Source of the DNA: Desulfomonilia bacterium
GTDB lineage: Bacteria; Desulfobacterota; Desulfomonilia; UBA1062
NCBI GenBank assembly: GCA_963664325.2
Contig: CAXXDQ010000003.1
Coordinates: 512,001 to 576,000, forward strand
DNA: 64,000 nucleotides
Reading direction: 5' to 3'
A program made the position numbers and the translations under genes. Shown piece after piece: positions 60,913 to 64,000 of this stretch; within the stretch, counting starts at the first letter, position 1, and each line of letters opens with the position of its first letter. The notes under the pieces were generated by a model. The model was not told the origin of the DNA. It was given only the letters and a program-made list of their open reading frames with translations, and ran no database searches.

Positions 60913-62345
60913 TCAGCCCAGAAGTTTTTTCAGGGGCTCTTCTTCCCTCGATACCTCAACATTATCGTTGTCCGATTTTCTCCTGCTTATCAGAAAACGT
61001 TTAAGCCTGTAATGTGCTTCAGCACTCAGTGGAAAGTTCCTCATTGAGGCAATACTTGCAAGCAGAAAGATAACCGGGATAAAAATAAACATTACCCTGA
61101 GCGTAATAATAAAGGATTGGTCCTGCAGTTGCGGGATATTTCCAATTGGAGGTTTATAACCGGCGAACTCCAGGGCTAGTGAAAGAAGGAAAAGTATTGA
61201 GGCTGAACTCAGTTTCCGGATGAATATGAATATCCCGGCATAAAGGCCTTCCCGTCGTTCCTTTGAAAAAAGATCATCAATATCCGGCATGTCAGGGTAA
61301 ATTGCATATACCATTGCCATCACTCCGGCCATTCCTAAGCCTATAAAGGCAGTATAGAAATAAAAAAGCTATTACTGGGAAGCCAGGTTTCAGGATTATG
61401 CCTGCAACCATTATAAATGCCCAGAATGCAGCACCGGTAATGAAGGCGAATCCCTTGCCCTTTCTTTTGCTTATCATTACGTAAAATGGAATCATGAGTA
61501 TCTGAATAGCTACGAGTGTTCCGATCATGTAGTTTGTTATGCCGGGTTTATTTATATAATAGGACATATAATAAACAATCAAAGCCATTATCAAATCAAG
61601 TGCAAGGTAGATGAATGTGACACTTATAATGAACTTTCTGAAGGTCTTGATTTTAAACGGCTCAAAAAAATCTGTAAATCTGAACGATTTTTTTATGGGA
61701 GGCAATATTTGTACGCCTTTCTTTTGTTGAGAGAAAGACTGCAATGTATGGCAGCGCAAAGGCAATGCCGAATATTAAAGACATTACCCAGTATCCAGTG
61801 GCTTTGTCATAAAAATGTTTAATTATTTCCATCGGAATAACCGCACACAAGAGCACCGAACCCATACCGAAAACCATTCTGATAGACATGGCGGAAGTGC
61901 GCTCGTGGTAGTCCATTGTTATCTCGGTTGAAAAGGCATTGTATGAAGTTGTTACAATACCCATGACAGTTGTAAAGATTATATAGGTGCATAGTGAATA
62001 GGCAAAGCGTGATAATGAGTTCTCAAATCCCGGGGAATACCACAGGAGGAAAAAGCTTAGAGCAATCAGCGGAATGCTGATAAGGAAAAAAGGTCTGCGG
62101 CGTCCCATAGGAGTTTGCATCCGGTCGGTGTAATGGCCGAAGAAAGGGTCAAATACCGCCCCCCATATTTTGCTTGTGAGCAGGATTATTCCGGCCAGGA
62201 ATGGGCTGATCCTGACAACATCGGTAAGAAATATCAGGTAAAGGGTGCCGACAATGATCATTGACCCGCCCAGGATATCACCAGAACCGAAGCATATTTT
62301 TGTCATGAGGCTGAGTCTGTCTGCCGGGTTGGTGTCTTTATACAT
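60913..62345 (-). pseudogene. GPH/MelB-family (MFS_2) transporter, two +1 frameshifts (probably sequencing errors)
   Basis: DPFFG..TDR....GRRRPF, EIT.DY.ERT....RM, PD..D.D......RREG.Y. The frame is restored by removing one base at 61718-20 and one at 61362-67. Confidence 0.8.
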
Positions 62346-63586
62346 TATGAGTTCCTGAAAGGGATTTTCGTAAAGTAATGGGTGATGCCTATGAATCCTG
62401 AAGGTTTGCCAAATTTATCAATATGGATCATCAGGAACAGTTCCCCTGTAAGTTTTCTTCCAACTCTGTCAAACTGTTCGACAGGAATCACCTCTTTCCA
62501 TTCAAAATCATTTTTCTTCAGGGCTGACATGCCGTTTGAAAAGGATTCAGCCAGTCTGTTGAGCGTCTTTTTTGAAAGGGTAAGTCCTGCAACCAGTTTC
62601 ATGGCCTCGTCCGGTGTATATCCGAGAATTGTTTTAATCGATGGGCTGACATAGGTAAAATTCAACTCCATGTCTGTTACCCAGACCAGTTCGGAGCAGT
62701 TATTCATGACAACGCTCATCGTATGCAGTTTTTCTTCGGCGATCTTGTAATTGTATATATCGAAAAGAAGGCAGATAAAGCCGGTGTGTACACCCTGTTT
62801 GCGTGATGGCGTCGTGGCAATCATTGTCCAGTAGTTGAAGCCGCTCTTGAGTTTAAGCCTGAAATCATCTGCAATGTTTTTTTCGTTTTCGAATTCCAGG
62901 GAACGCTTTAACTGACGCTCCATCCGGGGCCAGTCGTCGCTAAAGAAAAACTCACTGATATGATGGCCGATGATTTCGTCCTCAACATACCCGCCAAGCT
63001 TCAATATGCGTCCTCCGGCACTTGTCACCATCCAGTTTTCATTAATTGTGACAATTCCCTGCGTAATAAAATCCAGGAGATACTTTAAACTCTCGTCATT
63101 ATGTTTGATTTCAAGCAGAGTCTCGCTAAGGATAATCGAATAGGTTATGTCAATTGTTTCCTGCAATACCATTGACAGTTCTGAACTTTTCCATCCGCGT
63201 TTTGTCTTTTCGCTGACGCAACACATGAAGCCCCAAAGCTTGCCTTCATGCTGCAACGGGATGAACATGACAGACTTGGCGCCGAGTTTCTTCAATATGC
63301 CCGCCTGCTGTTCAGGCAGGCTTTCAACCGGGTCGAAAAACGGCATGAAAGACTTAAGGCAGAAATATATATTGGGAAGGTCACCAGATAAATTTATGTT
63401 TTTCCATTTTTCATCAGAATGATTACCGGGCGGGGTAGTTTGTGGCCATGTGTATTTAAGCATATTCCCGTCGTCGGCCAGCTGTATTACAGATATCCTG
63501 TCGATCCGTACAGTTGATGCTATCTTTCCGAGATGCGAAACAATCTTCGCATTGAGGTTAACGACAAAATCAAACAAATGCTCCAT
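62345..63586 (-). CDS. GAF + two PAS domain sensor protein without a recognisable output domain
   Basis: GAF-like GAKSVMFIPL...GKLWGF....RGW...E; PAS-like GY..DEIIG and YVSPSIK.ILGYTPDE. The stop overlaps the transporter ATG (TAATG). Confidence 0.75.
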   Translation of the reverse strand: MEHLFDFVVNLNAKIVSHLGKIASTVRIDRISVIQLADDGNMLKYTWPQTTPPGNHSDEKWKNINLSGDLPNIYFCLKSFMPFFDPVESLPEQQAGILKKLGAKSVMFIPLQHEGKLWGFMCCVSEKTKRGWKSSELSMVLQETIDITYSIILSETLLEIKHNDESLKYLLDFITQGIVTINENWMVTSAGGRILKLGGYVEDEIIGHHISEFFFSDDWPRMERQLKRSLEFENEKNIADDFRLKLKSGFNYWTMIATTPSRKQGVHTGFICLLFDIYNYKIAEEKLHTMSVVMNNCSELVWVTDMELNFTYVSPSIKTILGYTPDEAMKLVAGLTLSKKTLNRLAESFSNGMSALKKNDFEWKEVIPVEQFDRVGRKLTGELFLMIHIDKFGKPSGFIGITHYFTKIPFRNS

Positions 63587-63636
63587 GGGTATGAGAAATT
63601 ATATTAACATCAATTTAAAGTAAAGGCCAATTTACT

Positions 63637-63691
63637 AATAGCGAATAAATAATATAAAATACGCTAAAAAAATTAAAATAGCGAATAAATA
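63637..63691. repeat. 15-bp direct repeat, 40-bp period (operator-like)
   Basis: AATAGCGAATAAATA at 63637 and 63677, immediately before TTGACA (63694). Confidence 0.75.
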
Positions 63692-63731
63692 TATTGACAG
63701 TCGCTTGGCAGGTAAGTCATATATTTATATT

Positions 63732-64000
63732 ATGAACCTGAAATCATGGATAGGCATTATGGGGCTTAAGCAAAAGGTTGTGGCTGAGAACCTCGGCATA
63801 TCAACAAGCTATCTTTCAGAGATACTGACAGGGAAGAAAAAACCCACAATCGAGCTTGCCCAGAGAATTGAGGAATATACCAACAATGAAGTGCGGCGTC
63901 TTGATGTGCTGTACCCTGTGAAAAAGCAGCAGACTGAAGACATTTTGGAGCAGCAATCTAACATGTTTATTTCAAGAGGAACGCCGCTTACGCCCGAATT
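63732..64000 (+). CDS. Cro/XRE-family HTH protein, runs off the window
   Basis: Translated by hand: MNLKSWIGIMGLKQKVVAENLGISTSYLSEILTGKKKPTIELAQRIEEYTNNEVRRLDVLYP...; no stop before the window end. Confidence 0.8.
   Translation, partial: MNLKSWIGIMGLKQKVVAENLGISTSYLSEILTGKKKPTIELAQRIEEYTNNEVRRLDVLYPVKKQQTEDILEQQSNMFISRGTPLTPE

Noticed and set aside
27772-63700. NRPS cluster as a delimited mobile island
   Set aside because: The region is AT-richer in parts, but no integrase, transposase, tRNA target or flanking direct repeats were found, so boundaries cannot be supported.

Overview
Bacterial chromosomal window. The gene content (clpS-clpA-aat, FmdB zinc ribbon, EFR1 ferredoxin, sigma54-type promoter) fits an anaerobic Gram-negative organism, possibly Desulfobacterota/deltaproteobacterial (inference only). 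Bases 1-27.8 kb hold housekeeping and accessory genes: WYL regulator, hup, GH57-like lipoprotein, DUF1846, rocD, proC, tgt, an aminotransferase-SCP2-permease unit, clpSA-aat, PPK2, Nudix, HD, methyltransferase, cystathionine gamma-synthase-like enzyme, MFS transporters and nth. Bases 28.0-60.9 kb hold a lipopeptide NRPS cluster. NRPS-A begins with THREE tandem fatty acyl-AMP ligase (MycA-AL/FAAL-like) domains in front of a single carrier domain; the first two are a 1803-bp diverged tandem duplication. Six amino-acid modules follow (manual codes: Leu-like, D-Ile/Val, Asn, Ser, D-Gln, Ala), ending in a thioester-reductase domain. Downstream are an SDR::ATC-hydrolase-like fusion, a type II thioesterase and a membrane-anchored beta-lactamase-family peptidase. 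The cluster is preceded by a sigma54-like -24/-12 site and a consensus IHF site. Nine +1 frameshifts in three genes (including NRPS-B) all fall in base runs and look like long-read errors. The window ends in a Cro/XRE-like gene preceded by 15-bp direct repeats. No rRNA, tRNA, CRISPR array, integrase or transposase was recognised.
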